Shown here one piece after another: positions 38,665-48,833 of a stretch of 64,000 nucleotides of DNA. Source of the DNA: an uncultured virus (IMG/VR IMGVR_UViG_3300042545_001275). Its lineage: Duplodnaviria > Heunggongvirae > Uroviricota > Caudoviricetes. Location of the stretch: positions 1 through 64,000 of the IMG/VR virus record IMGVR_UViG_3300042545_001275. One strand, 5' to 3'. A program made the position numbers and the translations under genes. The notes beneath the pieces are model-generated. The model was not told the DNA's origin. It ran no database searches and worked only from the letters and a program-made list of their open reading frames with translations. The first letter of the stretch is position 1; each line of letters starts with the position of its first letter.

Positions 38665-41379
38665 ATGTCGGTTACTGCACAATTTGGATATCCTGATATT
38701 CCAAAATCTATAACAAACGCTAATGTTCAAACAAAAGACGCTTTGGATGTCAGTAATCCGATGTCATTTATATTGTTCATAAAAACAATATCAAATTCTT
38801 TCGAACCTTCCAATTTACAAGCTTATTATAATGAATATTTAAAAAGATGGAATTCGATTAAGAAAAATAAAGAAATATCAGATTCAGAATTAATTACTGA
38901 AAAATATAGAGAATTTTTAAAAGAAATATCATTAAATTATTCAACTTTAGAAGAACAAAAATTTTTATCAAATCTTGATTTCAATAACCCCTCAGATTTA
39001 GAAATTGCGTTACCGTTTTACAGTAAAAAACTCATAGAAATATCTGAGTATTTTAATAAAAAGAGAGAAGAAGCTAAATTTCAATTATTAAAGAAGAAAT
39101 TAGTAGGTACTAATTATGGATTACAAAAATCAATAAATGATTTTACTATAAATTATTTAGAATCTATACAAGACGGTTCATTTTATTTTAATATAGATGA
39201 TATTAAAGCAAAATTAGAGATTGAAATTGAAGAATTGTTCGATACATATCCATCATATTTCAATCAAACGCCAAATGAAAGAATATATGATAATAAAGAT
39301 TTAGATTGGGGTTATGACATATTTTTAAAAACCAACGCTGAATTATTATCCACTACATTTGCCAGCGTTAGTTCTTTATCTGCTCTCAAAGAACTTAACG
39401 ATTTAATTGATAATAAAAGAAAATTAACAAAAAAATATTTATCAACTGATTTTTATTACATATCAACTGGTCCAACATTATCAGGAAGCACAACGTTCGA
39501 TTTTGTTTCTGGAAAATTATTTGATGTTAGTAATAATGCAAAAAACTTTTTAAACATTGATTATCCTACAACAGCATCTACTAGAAAAAACAACATACAA
39601 ACTCCAAGAGAGATTGGATTTTTCAGACCTCATAAAAACGCTATTGTTATAATAGATGGAAAAAATTTATCATTCAATATTAATAGATCAGCATTGGAAG
39701 AAAATAAAATTTATTATTTTCCCGATCCTTTGGTTCATGATTCTGAATTAATAACATATTCAATCGATGGTGATTATTTAAAAACAAATTTCACATCTGG
39801 GTTAGCAAAAAATCAACCAATACAAACCCAAGACGGTGTTTTTTATCAAGGATATACATCTCAAAATGATATAACCCCAATCCCAGATTTGAGTATGTTA
39901 TTCAACATGGGATATATACATGATCAAAAGAAAGATGTATATGGAAACACATTCGGGTTAATAAAAGACAATTATAATTTTAGAGAAAATATAAGTAGAG
40001 TTGATTATAATTATATAAAAAGCATGCTCTTAAATGGTTATCAATTTTTTGATGACAATTATAACGAAGGGTTTGATTTCGATTATAGTTATAGTGATTA
40101 TTATACAACAACTAATAGTACAAAACGAGCTGGCCTTTCAACTTACACAAATTCATTTACTGGAGCTTTTGATTATACATATACTTTATTTTTTAGATAT
40201 TTTACGCCATTCGAAGAATTATATTTTCCTCCAGATCAATTAGCTACAAATAATGAAATATTAGAATGTGTAGGATTTAATAAACCAAACGGTGACTTTC
40301 ATTTAGATCCAATATCTTCAGATTTATCAGCATTTCCAGGTGATGAAAACTATTATTTTTCAAAATTAATAGAAGGCGGCATTCACACATTAACTCCTAC
40401 AATAATAAGAGGATTAAAAGATCCTTTATTTCCAAGCATAACAGCATCGTTTGAAAATAATTATAAATCTAATATTGTAGAATGTGGATTATTTACAGAT
40501 AAGTATAATTTTGATGTAGATTTTACTTCCAGAGAATATTCATTTATATCTGATATAGATTCAACCAAATATACATTAACGTCATCTATATCAACAGTGG
40601 TGGAAAGATTGTTTGATAGATATGATTTGACAGGGAACATATATGTTAAAAACGTATCAAATCAACAATCTTATAAAATTACAGATTTATTTTCATATTG
40701 GAATTTAAAATTTCCAATTGATTTAATCACTGAATTAAATGGATCAATAAAATCATTCGATTTTATAAATGATGTTATATTAATAGAAACTTCCAATTAT
40801 TTCATGGTTGATAAAGTGAAATATAATTCTGGAAATTTCGAAAATCCCTTGACAGAAGGAATATTTATAAACCATTCTGATAATGATTTCAATAAAATTT
40901 CAAATAGATTTAAAATAAACAACGATGTTTATTATTGTTTACTAGAAACATTGTCATCATCATTATCATCAAATAATTTAATAATTTATCCAAAAATATA
41001 TAAATTTAATACATTAAATTTCACAAATGATGAAATTTTCCCAATATCTATTTCAAAAATAGAAAATAATTCAGGATATGTTGCAATTTCTTCGAATAAT
41101 GTAAGATACACACATGCTGAAAATCCCATAATTATACACGATAGCAGAACAAACATATTAAACATATCATTTTTAATAAAAGATCAAAATAATTATTTTT
41201 CTTTACAAGAATTTGAATTCGATATCAATTCAAATATGGACTTATTAAATCATACGCAATATTTTGATAATTCATCTATATATTCAAACATTTTCAATAA
41301 ACCATTACCGTTGATGAATTTAAATGTATTATTATCATCAAATCAACCAACTATATTGAATGAAAATCTTGTATTATGA
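38665..41379 (+). CDS. large putative baseplate/structural protein
   Basis: 904-aa ORF in structural operon, TAAATA 7 nt upstream. Confidence 0.55.
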   Translation: MSVTAQFGYPDIPKSITNANVQTKDALDVSNPMSFILFIKTISNSFEPSNLQAYYNEYLKRWNSIKKNKEISDSELITEKYREFLKEISLNYSTLEEQKFLSNLDFNNPSDLEIALPFYSKKLIEISEYFNKKREEAKFQLLKKKLVGTNYGLQKSINDFTINYLESIQDGSFYFNIDDIKAKLEIEIEELFDTYPSYFNQTPNERIYDNKDLDWGYDIFLKTNAELLSTTFASVSSLSALKELNDLIDNKRKLTKKYLSTDFYYISTGPTLSGSTTFDFVSGKLFDVSNNAKNFLNIDYPTTASTRKNNIQTPREIGFFRPHKNAIVIIDGKNLSFNINRSALEENKIYYFPDPLVHDSELITYSIDGDYLKTNFTSGLAKNQPIQTQDGVFYQGYTSQNDITPIPDLSMLFNMGYIHDQKKDVYGNTFGLIKDNYNFRENISRVDYNYIKSMLLNGYQFFDDNYNEGFDFDYSYSDYYTTTNSTKRAGLSTYTNSFTGAFDYTYTLFFRYFTPFEELYFPPDQLATNNEILECVGFNKPNGDFHLDPISSDLSAFPGDENYYFSKLIEGGIHTLTPTIIRGLKDPLFPSITASFENNYKSNIVECGLFTDKYNFDVDFTSREYSFISDIDSTKYTLTSSISTVVERLFDRYDLTGNIYVKNVSNQQSYKITDLFSYWNLKFPIDLITELNGSIKSFDFINDVILIETSNYFMVDKVKYNSGNFENPLTEGIFINHSDNDFNKISNRFKINNDVYYCLLETLSSSLSSNNLIIYPKIYKFNTLNFTNDEIFPISISKIENNSGYVAISSNNVRYTHAENPIIIHDSRTNILNISFLIKDQNNYFSLQEFEFDINSNMDLLNHTQYFDNSSIYSNIFNKPLPLMNLNVLLSSNQPTILNENLVL

Positions 41380-41900
41380 ATACTAAAACTTTAATATTAT
41401 CAACCACTTCCTCATCATACAACAATGTCATGGATACTGTGATTCTTAATGATGCAACCGTTTTAAATATATCATTAGGTGATGTTTATGAAGATGTATT
41501 GCCTATAAGTTTACAAATAAATTGGGGAGATAATAATATATTATATTATGATAATGATTTGTATAAAGTTTACAGAAAAGAAAGCATAATTCCAGAAGTG
41601 ATATATGGAAAATTTAGCAAAATATTACAAGATACTTATAGTTTTGATTATTATCCATCAAAAACAGCAACCTATAAAAAAATGACGGCTCAGTTTTTGA
41701 TAAAATATACAAATAAAGATACTACGTTAATAACTATACCAATTGAAATTAGATCAGCAGATTATTTTGAATCTGTATATGATATGAAAATGATTTCTAC
41801 TCATATTTTACCAGAAGACGGATTCAAAACTCATAAATTTTTAACAAGCAAAGGCAATTATGTGGTAGAAGTGGAATCACCAATGTCAGAAAACAGATAG
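41376..41900 (+). CDS. hypothetical structural protein (PKD-like INWGD)
   Basis: 174-aa ORF with ATGA overlap. Confidence 0.55.
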   Translation: MNTKTLILSTTSSSYNNVMDTVILNDATVLNISLGDVYEDVLPISLQINWGDNNILYYDNDLYKVYRKESIIPEVIYGKFSKILQDTYSFDYYPSKTATYKKMTAQFLIKYTNKDTTLITIPIEIRSADYFESVYDMKMISTHILPEDGFKTHKFLTSKGNYVVEVESPMSENR

Positions 41901-41901
41901 T

Positions 41902-42024
41902 GGGGGAGAGTTCGTTTATAACGGTTCAGTTGATTCTACTGGATTATGGACTAGACCATTGACTGATGCTGAAATTGTCGCTCTTTACAATAATGGCAGC
42001 GGCCTTCCATATGAACAGTTTTAA
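41902..42024 (+). pseudogene. orphan 3' fragment of a LamG/concanavalin-like domain gene
   Basis: Frame from 41911 reads FVYNGSVDSTGLWTRPLTDAEIVALYNNGSGLPYEQF*; no start codon back to in-frame TAG at 41866. Confidence 0.7.
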
Positions 42025-42050
42025 ATAATGTATAGTAACTAAATAATTTA

Positions 42051-44381
42051 GTGGTATCCAATGTATTTCAACTATCATCTTTAAAAAGCTATCAACTGTC
42101 TTGTTCATTGGACGGCCTTGAATTTAAGCAATTTGAAAAAACACACAATGGGGGTATACCACTTTATTTTACAGAGTGTTTTTCTGATGCTTGCGATTAT
42201 AAATCAAAATTCTATACTGATTTTATTTTAACAAAAAACACAAAATCTTCGGATATTTTTAATTTTAAATTTCCAAAACTTGAAGTTGAAAAGTTTTTAA
42301 CAACAATTCAAGATGAAGGCTTGTATCTTACATGTGTCGGAGTTGAAGAAAGTTATTTCAAAGATGCTTTTCGTTCTGATGAAATTCCTGATTATAGAGG
42401 ATGTTTGTTTAATAAATTATCATCATCCTCTTCCCCATTAACATCATTCACTTTGGACTTTTTTGAAAAAGAAAAATGTAAAATATCATGTCAAATAGAT
42501 AATGAAACTTATTATTTGATTTATAATGATGTTAAACAAAACGATCCTTATTTTATCAACGAAAGATTGCTTTCATCCGATGATTCAATAATTCAACCAC
42601 ATCATTTCAATTACATTTATCAAGAAAATTACAATTTTATAACATTTTTTAAAGAAACCGCCGATGGTATATATTATCTATATAGAGATGATCATAGATT
42701 AAAAGCATCTTTAATAACAGGTTTTAATAAACTTAATGTTATAGAAAGTGTTTTTAAAATATCCAGAAATAAATATTTCAATTTTGATTTATCTTTGAAC
42801 AGTACATTCATAACATATAATAATGATGATAATAAAATCGATATAGATAAAAGCGAATTCGATTTAAAAAATAACTTTTTGATACACAAAGGAAATTCAG
42901 TTAAAAATTCAAAAAGCAGCATTACAGTTTTAAAAAATCACTTCTTACCTCATTTAGATCAAATATCAAACGCTAATAATTTATTAAGTGGTATTAAAGA
43001 GCAATCAAATACAATTTATGTAGATAATATTAGAAATTATACTTCAATATTTGAAGATATTTCTACAGAAAAAGATGATGATTTAGAATTAAATTATGTT
43101 TATCATAATAAAAGTTACACTATAGTACCAGGAAAAAATGAATTTGTGGCTCCTGATAATATGTTCCCATTTTCACAACTTAATATAAATGATTCTAAAT
43201 TAAGAGAAGCTGGGGCGTTTTCATTTCCATCTCCTGACTTGGCAGACAAGGTATATTATTATGATAACGATGTTCAAATAACCAATAATCAACATTATTT
43301 ATGCACTTGGTTGTCTGGAGCTGCTGGATCTACCAATTCTGTTTGGGTAGATAGATACTATTATCCAGACCGCATAAACAAACAAGATGCATTGAATGGA
43401 AAATCAGTTTTTTCTAAAACATATGATGAATACATAGAAGAATATATCGAGGCCAATTCTTCTATATCTGATGGAATTGATAATTTTAAATTTTTTGATA
43501 AAAAAAGTGAATTAATTTTCAAACCTAATAAAAAATACATTTACGAGAGAGTTTCTTTTGCGAAAGAAACAACCGAAGCTATCACATATTGTAATACATT
43601 TGTATCTAATAAACCATCTAATTACTTTAAAACAATAAACGAAGCTGGTCAATTTACATTTGTGTTATATTTCTATGGAAATGGAGAATCTTGGGAAGTT
43701 AAAACAGATAGAAATGACGTAAATGCTGGAATTTCTATTGTTAAAACTGGATCAAATCTTACAATTTCCTATATTTTATATGCTACGAATAGCTCAGGAC
43801 AATTAGCATATAGAAAATACACAAAAACAGTAAATTTCAAAATCTTTAAAGAAAATGCAATATTCATTGGATTTGATTCATATTCAGGTAATGGATATAT
43901 ATTACTCAATGAAAATCCATTGATACTTATTAAAGAACAAGCTGCTAGATTTTCAGAAAGAAATATCATTCTAGGTGACTTTTTTGTATATGAGACTGAT
44001 AAAGTAACAAATAAAATAAATAAAATCAATTTATTAAGTTATTCAGGATCAAATATATCTGATAAGTTTATAGCTGATAGGTTTTATTCTAAAGATTTAG
44101 TATATTCGATATCTATATCTAAAGGAAAATACAATATAAACACTATATACATAACATTACCGTGTGGTATGAGAAATGGAAGCGATAATATCAAGTTGGT
44201 GCATACTGTGTGTGGAAATACATCAAGTAAATCCAACACATCAAATATTTTCTTAAAAAATATAGATATTGAAAATGAAGAAATATTAAACAACTTAGAA
44301 AATGAACTTAAATCAAAAATTGAAACTGTAATACCAGTTTCAAATGATGTAAACATAATTATAAATAAAAAATACAAATGA
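42051..44381 (+). CDS. large putative structural protein
   Basis: 776-aa ORF, GTG 5 nt after TAAATA; YLCTWLSG...WVDRYY. Confidence 0.55.
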   Translation: MVSNVFQLSSLKSYQLSCSLDGLEFKQFEKTHNGGIPLYFTECFSDACDYKSKFYTDFILTKNTKSSDIFNFKFPKLEVEKFLTTIQDEGLYLTCVGVEESYFKDAFRSDEIPDYRGCLFNKLSSSSSPLTSFTLDFFEKEKCKISCQIDNETYYLIYNDVKQNDPYFINERLLSSDDSIIQPHHFNYIYQENYNFITFFKETADGIYYLYRDDHRLKASLITGFNKLNVIESVFKISRNKYFNFDLSLNSTFITYNNDDNKIDIDKSEFDLKNNFLIHKGNSVKNSKSSITVLKNHFLPHLDQISNANNLLSGIKEQSNTIYVDNIRNYTSIFEDISTEKDDDLELNYVYHNKSYTIVPGKNEFVAPDNMFPFSQLNINDSKLREAGAFSFPSPDLADKVYYYDNDVQITNNQHYLCTWLSGAAGSTNSVWVDRYYYPDRINKQDALNGKSVFSKTYDEYIEEYIEANSSISDGIDNFKFFDKKSELIFKPNKKYIYERVSFAKETTEAITYCNTFVSNKPSNYFKTINEAGQFTFVLYFYGNGESWEVKTDRNDVNAGISIVKTGSNLTISYILYATNSSGQLAYRKYTKTVNFKIFKENAIFIGFDSYSGNGYILLNENPLILIKEQAARFSERNIILGDFFVYETDKVTNKINKINLLSYSGSNISDKFIADRFYSKDLVYSISISKGKYNINTIYITLPCGMRNGSDNIKLVHTVCGNTSSKSNTSNIFLKNIDIENEEILNNLENELKSKIETVIPVSNDVNIIINKKYK

Positions 44382-46069
44382 TTTCATATTATAAATATAC
44401 TGATGGTGAAGCATTCACTATAAATGATTCTGATTACATTGGATTCTTCAATGTAATTGAAGGTAAAGCGTATAGTGGAAAGAAAAAAACAGAAACCAGT
44501 GTAGAATTAACGCCGAAACAAACATTCATAAGTGAAATATATTTAAGACAATTAGAATTTGATTCTAATCACGAAAAAACTGTTACTCTATTGTCAGTTT
44601 CTCAAGAAAAATTTGATATTTTTACAAAAACCAATTTAGAAAAGGTCATCGACACTATAAATTTAAATAATCTCAATATATATAAAAGTTTAGTATTACA
44701 AAATCCTAATTTTTTAAGTTTATCAAACGCTGACAACTTTTTTTATGGTTTGTCTTCAACAAGTTATGATATTAGAAATGATGATGATGTATATGGAAAA
44801 ACAGTATTCACTCAAGCAGATCCATTTGAATATAGTGCAATTTGGGCATTTTTAGATGAAATAAAAACTGGAACGTTTGCAGTCAAAAATAATGATGATT
44901 TTATATATTTTTGCAGCGATGATATTAATACATATGCCCTAGAAGGAAGTTTTACAAATCCTTCTAAAAAAATAAAATTATTAGAAGCAAATGCAACTCC
45001 TGATGTTGTAAAAAATGTTTTGATAGATGATATTGATTTAAATATTTTTCAAATAACAGATAAAACAATTACATTATATGAATATGAACCTTTTGTAAAT
45101 TGTGGAAGTTTATTGAAAAAGGATGAAATACCTCTTCAAAACAATTTAAAATTTGTAAAAATTGGAAATTCAATAAGATTAGAAATTACAAATAGCGATA
45201 TTTACATTAAAAATAAATACTCTAATGATATTTTCTATAAAACAGACATAAATTCTTTAAATTTAGGATTGATATTGAATTGTCAAGTTAGAATTATAGA
45301 TGATTTAATAGCAATAATATCAAAAAACAACAATAAATTTTATATAACATATATAGATCCAGAATTTCCAGATACAATTTTAAACCAGTTTGAATTGTTG
45401 TATTTTACTGATTCTAAATTTAATTTATTATTTTCTGATATTGATTCAAATATAATCATATTCAACTTTTCAGAATATGTTCAGGTTAGATATATAAGTA
45501 ATTCCAAATATCCAGCCAGTACTTCTAGTAATTATAATTATTCAAATAAGAATTTTAAATATTTAAAAAATTATATTTGGAATGAAAACACTCTTTTATA
45601 TAACTCTACCAACATTATAAAATGGAATTCCAATTCTTTAAAATCAAATTCATATAACAATATATTGGTTGATAGTAAAAATATTGCAAATTTAAGTTAT
45701 ACTATAGTTCACAATATTGGTAGAATTTATGTAATAAAAAAAATAGCATCTGAAGATTTTAAAATATTCAAAATTCCTAAAAATTTACCAAAAGCATTTA
45801 CTAATGTAGAATGTTCAAACTCTTCTTTCGGCTTGTATTTAAACAACACTTTAAAAAATATAGTCACAGATACTATAAGTATTTTCACAAACAATGAATG
45901 TAAAGCAAAAATGACACAGAATGGAGAAGATATAATTATTTCAGAACTTGAAAATATAAAAATATCTATAGAAAATATGTTTTTTAATGGAAATGAACAG
46001 CTAAATGTCTCAACATTAAACAGAATTTTTGAAACAATTATCGAATTGCAACGAAAATTAATTAATTAA
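44378..46069 (+). CDS. putative structural protein
   Basis: 563-aa ORF with ATGA overlap in structural operon. Confidence 0.55.
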   Translation: MISYYKYTDGEAFTINDSDYIGFFNVIEGKAYSGKKKTETSVELTPKQTFISEIYLRQLEFDSNHEKTVTLLSVSQEKFDIFTKTNLEKVIDTINLNNLNIYKSLVLQNPNFLSLSNADNFFYGLSSTSYDIRNDDDVYGKTVFTQADPFEYSAIWAFLDEIKTGTFAVKNNDDFIYFCSDDINTYALEGSFTNPSKKIKLLEANATPDVVKNVLIDDIDLNIFQITDKTITLYEYEPFVNCGSLLKKDEIPLQNNLKFVKIGNSIRLEITNSDIYIKNKYSNDIFYKTDINSLNLGLILNCQVRIIDDLIAIISKNNNKFYITYIDPEFPDTILNQFELLYFTDSKFNLLFSDIDSNIIIFNFSEYVQVRYISNSKYPASTSSNYNYSNKNFKYLKNYIWNENTLLYNSTNIIKWNSNSLKSNSYNNILVDSKNIANLSYTIVHNIGRIYVIKKIASEDFKIFKIPKNLPKAFTNVECSNSSFGLYLNNTLKNIVTDTISIFTNNECKAKMTQNGEDIIISELENIKISIENMFFNGNEQLNVSTLNRIFETIIELQRKLIN

Positions 46070-46109
46070 TAAATATTGTATAAAATATTCAATGAGTAAA
46101 TAGTAATAT

Positions 46110-47153
46110 ATGCCAAATAGTTTAGAAAATCAATTTATTGCTGATACATTCAAGGCATTATTGCACACTGGAAACATCAGTTTAAGTTCTGGTTCTCCCG
46201 ATGCTACAATTTATTCAGGAGATGGTTTTGAATCATCTTTAAGTATATCCACAATATCAAACGGAATTAAAGTAAGCGGAGATGCTACAATTTATGGAAA
46301 TGTTATTTGCAGCAAAAATGGAAATTTTTCTGGATCTTTAAGTTCTGGTTCTCATACAGTGACTGGAGATTCTAATATAAGTGGAACTGCTAGAGTTGGA
46401 GGAACCACAACAATAATTGGATCTTTAAGTTCTGGTTCTCATACAGTGACTGGAAATTCTAATATAAGTGGAACATTATATTCTGGTTCTCATACAGTGA
46501 CTGGAGATTCTGACATAAGTGGAAGTGTTGATGTAGATGGTGGTATAAGTATCGGAGGTTCTTTGAATTCTGGTTCTCATACAGTGACTGGAAATTCTAA
46601 TATAAGTGGAACTGCTAGAGTTGGAGGAACAACAACAATAATTGGATCTTTAAGTTCTGGTTCTCATACAGTGACTGGAAATTCTAGAATTACAAACAGG
46701 ATTGATACTAATACAATCTACGCTGATACATATTTAAATTTACCAAGCACTGATACAAGAGCCGATATAGTAAATCATATCTATCCTGTTGGTAGTATAT
46801 TTTTATCTTTTACAAATGTAAATCCATCCGTCAGATTCACTGGCACATCATGGGTCCAGGTTTCTCAAGGAAGATTTGTAGCGGGTGTTGGCACGGGTAA
46901 TGACGGTATTCAAAATAAAGTATTTGCAGCTGGTAATAATACTGGTGAATATGCACATCGACTTACAATAGCAGAAATGCCTAGCCATACACATAGTTAC
47001 GTCGATCCAGCACTGGGTCCGATTGATAAGGGTAGTGATGGTACTAAGGTAGCATCGCGGGTGGATGGAACAACAGGAGCAACAGGAGGAGATCAATATC
47101 ACAACAACACCCCTCCTGGGTTTGGTTTGTATGTATGGCAAAGAACATCATAA
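46110..47153 (+). CDS. short fibre / gp10-gp12-like protein with internal repeats
   Basis: GSLSSGSHTVTGxSNISG repeats; C-terminal IYPVGSIF...GRFVAGVG...LTIAEMPSHTH...HNNTPP...YVWQRT. Confidence 0.7.
   Translation: MPNSLENQFIADTFKALLHTGNISLSSGSPDATIYSGDGFESSLSISTISNGIKVSGDATIYGNVICSKNGNFSGSLSSGSHTVTGDSNISGTARVGGTTTIIGSLSSGSHTVTGNSNISGTLYSGSHTVTGDSDISGSVDVDGGISIGGSLNSGSHTVTGNSNISGTARVGGTTTIIGSLSSGSHTVTGNSRITNRIDTNTIYADTYLNLPSTDTRADIVNHIYPVGSIFLSFTNVNPSVRFTGTSWVQVSQGRFVAGVGTGNDGIQNKVFAAGNNTGEYAHRLTIAEMPSHTHSYVDPALGPIDKGSDGTKVASRVDGTTGATGGDQYHNNTPPGFGLYVWQRTS
46331..46686 (+). repeat. imperfect tandem repeats (TTCTGGTTCTCATACAGTGACTGGA core, five copies)
   Basis: Repeated SGSHTVTG units, largest period 87 bp. 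Confidence 0.85.
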
Positions 47154-47168
47154 TAGAAATTTAAAAAT

Positions 47169-48812
47169 ATGGCAAGTGTAGTAATATCAAAAATTAAAGT
47201 TAGAAGAGGAACCGATACTCAAAGAAAAAACATAGTATTGGATCAAGGAGAGCTTGGATATACAACGGATACAAACAGATTATATGTTGGCAATGGTGTT
47301 ATAAATGGTGGTATAGTGGTCGGTTCAAAAATACACCCACCATTATTTTCAACAGGAGATTTAACATCTGTTATATCTGAAGTTGGGGATATTGTTTGGG
47401 TTAACGGCATTTTTTATCAATTAATATCTTCTGATTACACCGATTTAATTTCATGGAGAAATATAGGAACATTATTAGATTCAGAATATTTTGAATATGA
47501 TGGAAGTAATCAAATAACTTTAAAAAATAATGTTATCAAGACAGCAAATTTAGCAGATGAGATTAGAGATGTTTTTTCAGTACAAGTCGATAATTCAACA
47601 ATAGAATATGTCGGAGGAAACATACTCAGGTTAAAAGATTTAGGAATTACGAAAGAAAAATTACAATCTTATTCAGTAACTAATGATAAATTATCTCCTG
47701 ATGTTATTGGAAATGGCTTGCAGGGATCTGCTGGATCTCCAATTTCATTAAAAATTGACAAATCTTATTTTTATTTTACTCCAAATGGATCTCTTGGAAT
47801 TTCTTTATCAGCAATTCAAACATATGGTGATAATATAACAACTGTTAAAAATTTAACAGGTGGGATTGTAGTGAAAACCAATTCTATTGATGAAAATTAT
47901 ATCAAATCATCAATGTTTGGTAATGGAATAAGCGGTGGTGATGGTAATAAAGTAGCATTAAATGTTGATAATTTAACTTTTGGATTTAATCCAAGCTCTA
48001 AACTTAAATTAAATACAAATTCAATTGATGAAATTTATATCACATCATCTACTTTTGGTAAAGGGTTAGTCGGAGGTTCTGGAAACAAAGCAACTTTAAA
48101 CATAGATCCTACATTTTTTAATTACAATACATTAAGCGCTTTAACATTATTGAGCGCAACAATAGATCATAATTATATTAATTTTGCATCATTTGGAGAT
48201 GGTATACAAGGAGGAAGTGGAGATTTAATTAAATTAAAAGTAAAGGAAGGATTATTCGATTTTGAAGTTGGTAAATTGCAATTATCAGCAAATAGCGTGA
48301 CAGAAAAATATATAAATTCAAATGCGTTTGATCGTGGTATAATAGGGGGAAATAATCAAAAAATTTCTGTAAATGCAACAAATAGTTTTTCATTTACATC
48401 AGCTAATGAATTAGAACTTAACTCCATACTTGGATATAGTTCGGATACGGAGACAATAAGTTCTATTGATAGCGTAGGATCTATAAGTTTAAGCAGTGGT
48501 GTGATTTTTCCTAGAATATCATGGGATGAATTTGGAAGATTAACAGATATTAAGACTTCTATAGTTGAAGTTTTAACTGGAAATTCTAGTTTAAGCGGAT
48601 TCAATGTAAGTAATTCATTATCTTCAATTTTCAATGGTTATATCACACAAGGGCCACAAAACAGTGCAAATATTACAAGATTTACAGCAAAAGATCACAG
48701 AAACAACACATATGTATTGTCAAGTGCTGGATTTTTAGCAATTTCTGATCAAAATACAAGCTTATCTGGACAAATATTAAAAAGATTTGCAATTCCAATA
48801 TTTGCTTATTAA
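47169..48812 (+). CDS. tail fibre-like protein with Mtd-N-like N-terminal domain
   Basis: KIKVRRGT...LDQGELGYTTDTNRLYVGNG; repeated NSIDExYI...FGxGIxGG units. Confidence 0.65.
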   Translation: MASVVISKIKVRRGTDTQRKNIVLDQGELGYTTDTNRLYVGNGVINGGIVVGSKIHPPLFSTGDLTSVISEVGDIVWVNGIFYQLISSDYTDLISWRNIGTLLDSEYFEYDGSNQITLKNNVIKTANLADEIRDVFSVQVDNSTIEYVGGNILRLKDLGITKEKLQSYSVTNDKLSPDVIGNGLQGSAGSPISLKIDKSYFYFTPNGSLGISLSAIQTYGDNITTVKNLTGGIVVKTNSIDENYIKSSMFGNGISGGDGNKVALNVDNLTFGFNPSSKLKLNTNSIDEIYITSSTFGKGLVGGSGNKATLNIDPTFFNYNTLSALTLLSATIDHNYINFASFGDGIQGGSGDLIKLKVKEGLFDFEVGKLQLSANSVTEKYINSNAFDRGIIGGNNQKISVNATNSFSFTSANELELNSILGYSSDTETISSIDSVGSISLSSGVIFPRISWDEFGRLTDIKTSIVEVLTGNSSLSGFNVSNSLSSIFNGYITQGPQNSANITRFTAKDHRNNTYVLSSAGFLAISDQNTSLSGQILKRFAIPIFAY

Positions 48813-48833
48813 TTTCATCACATAAATAATATT

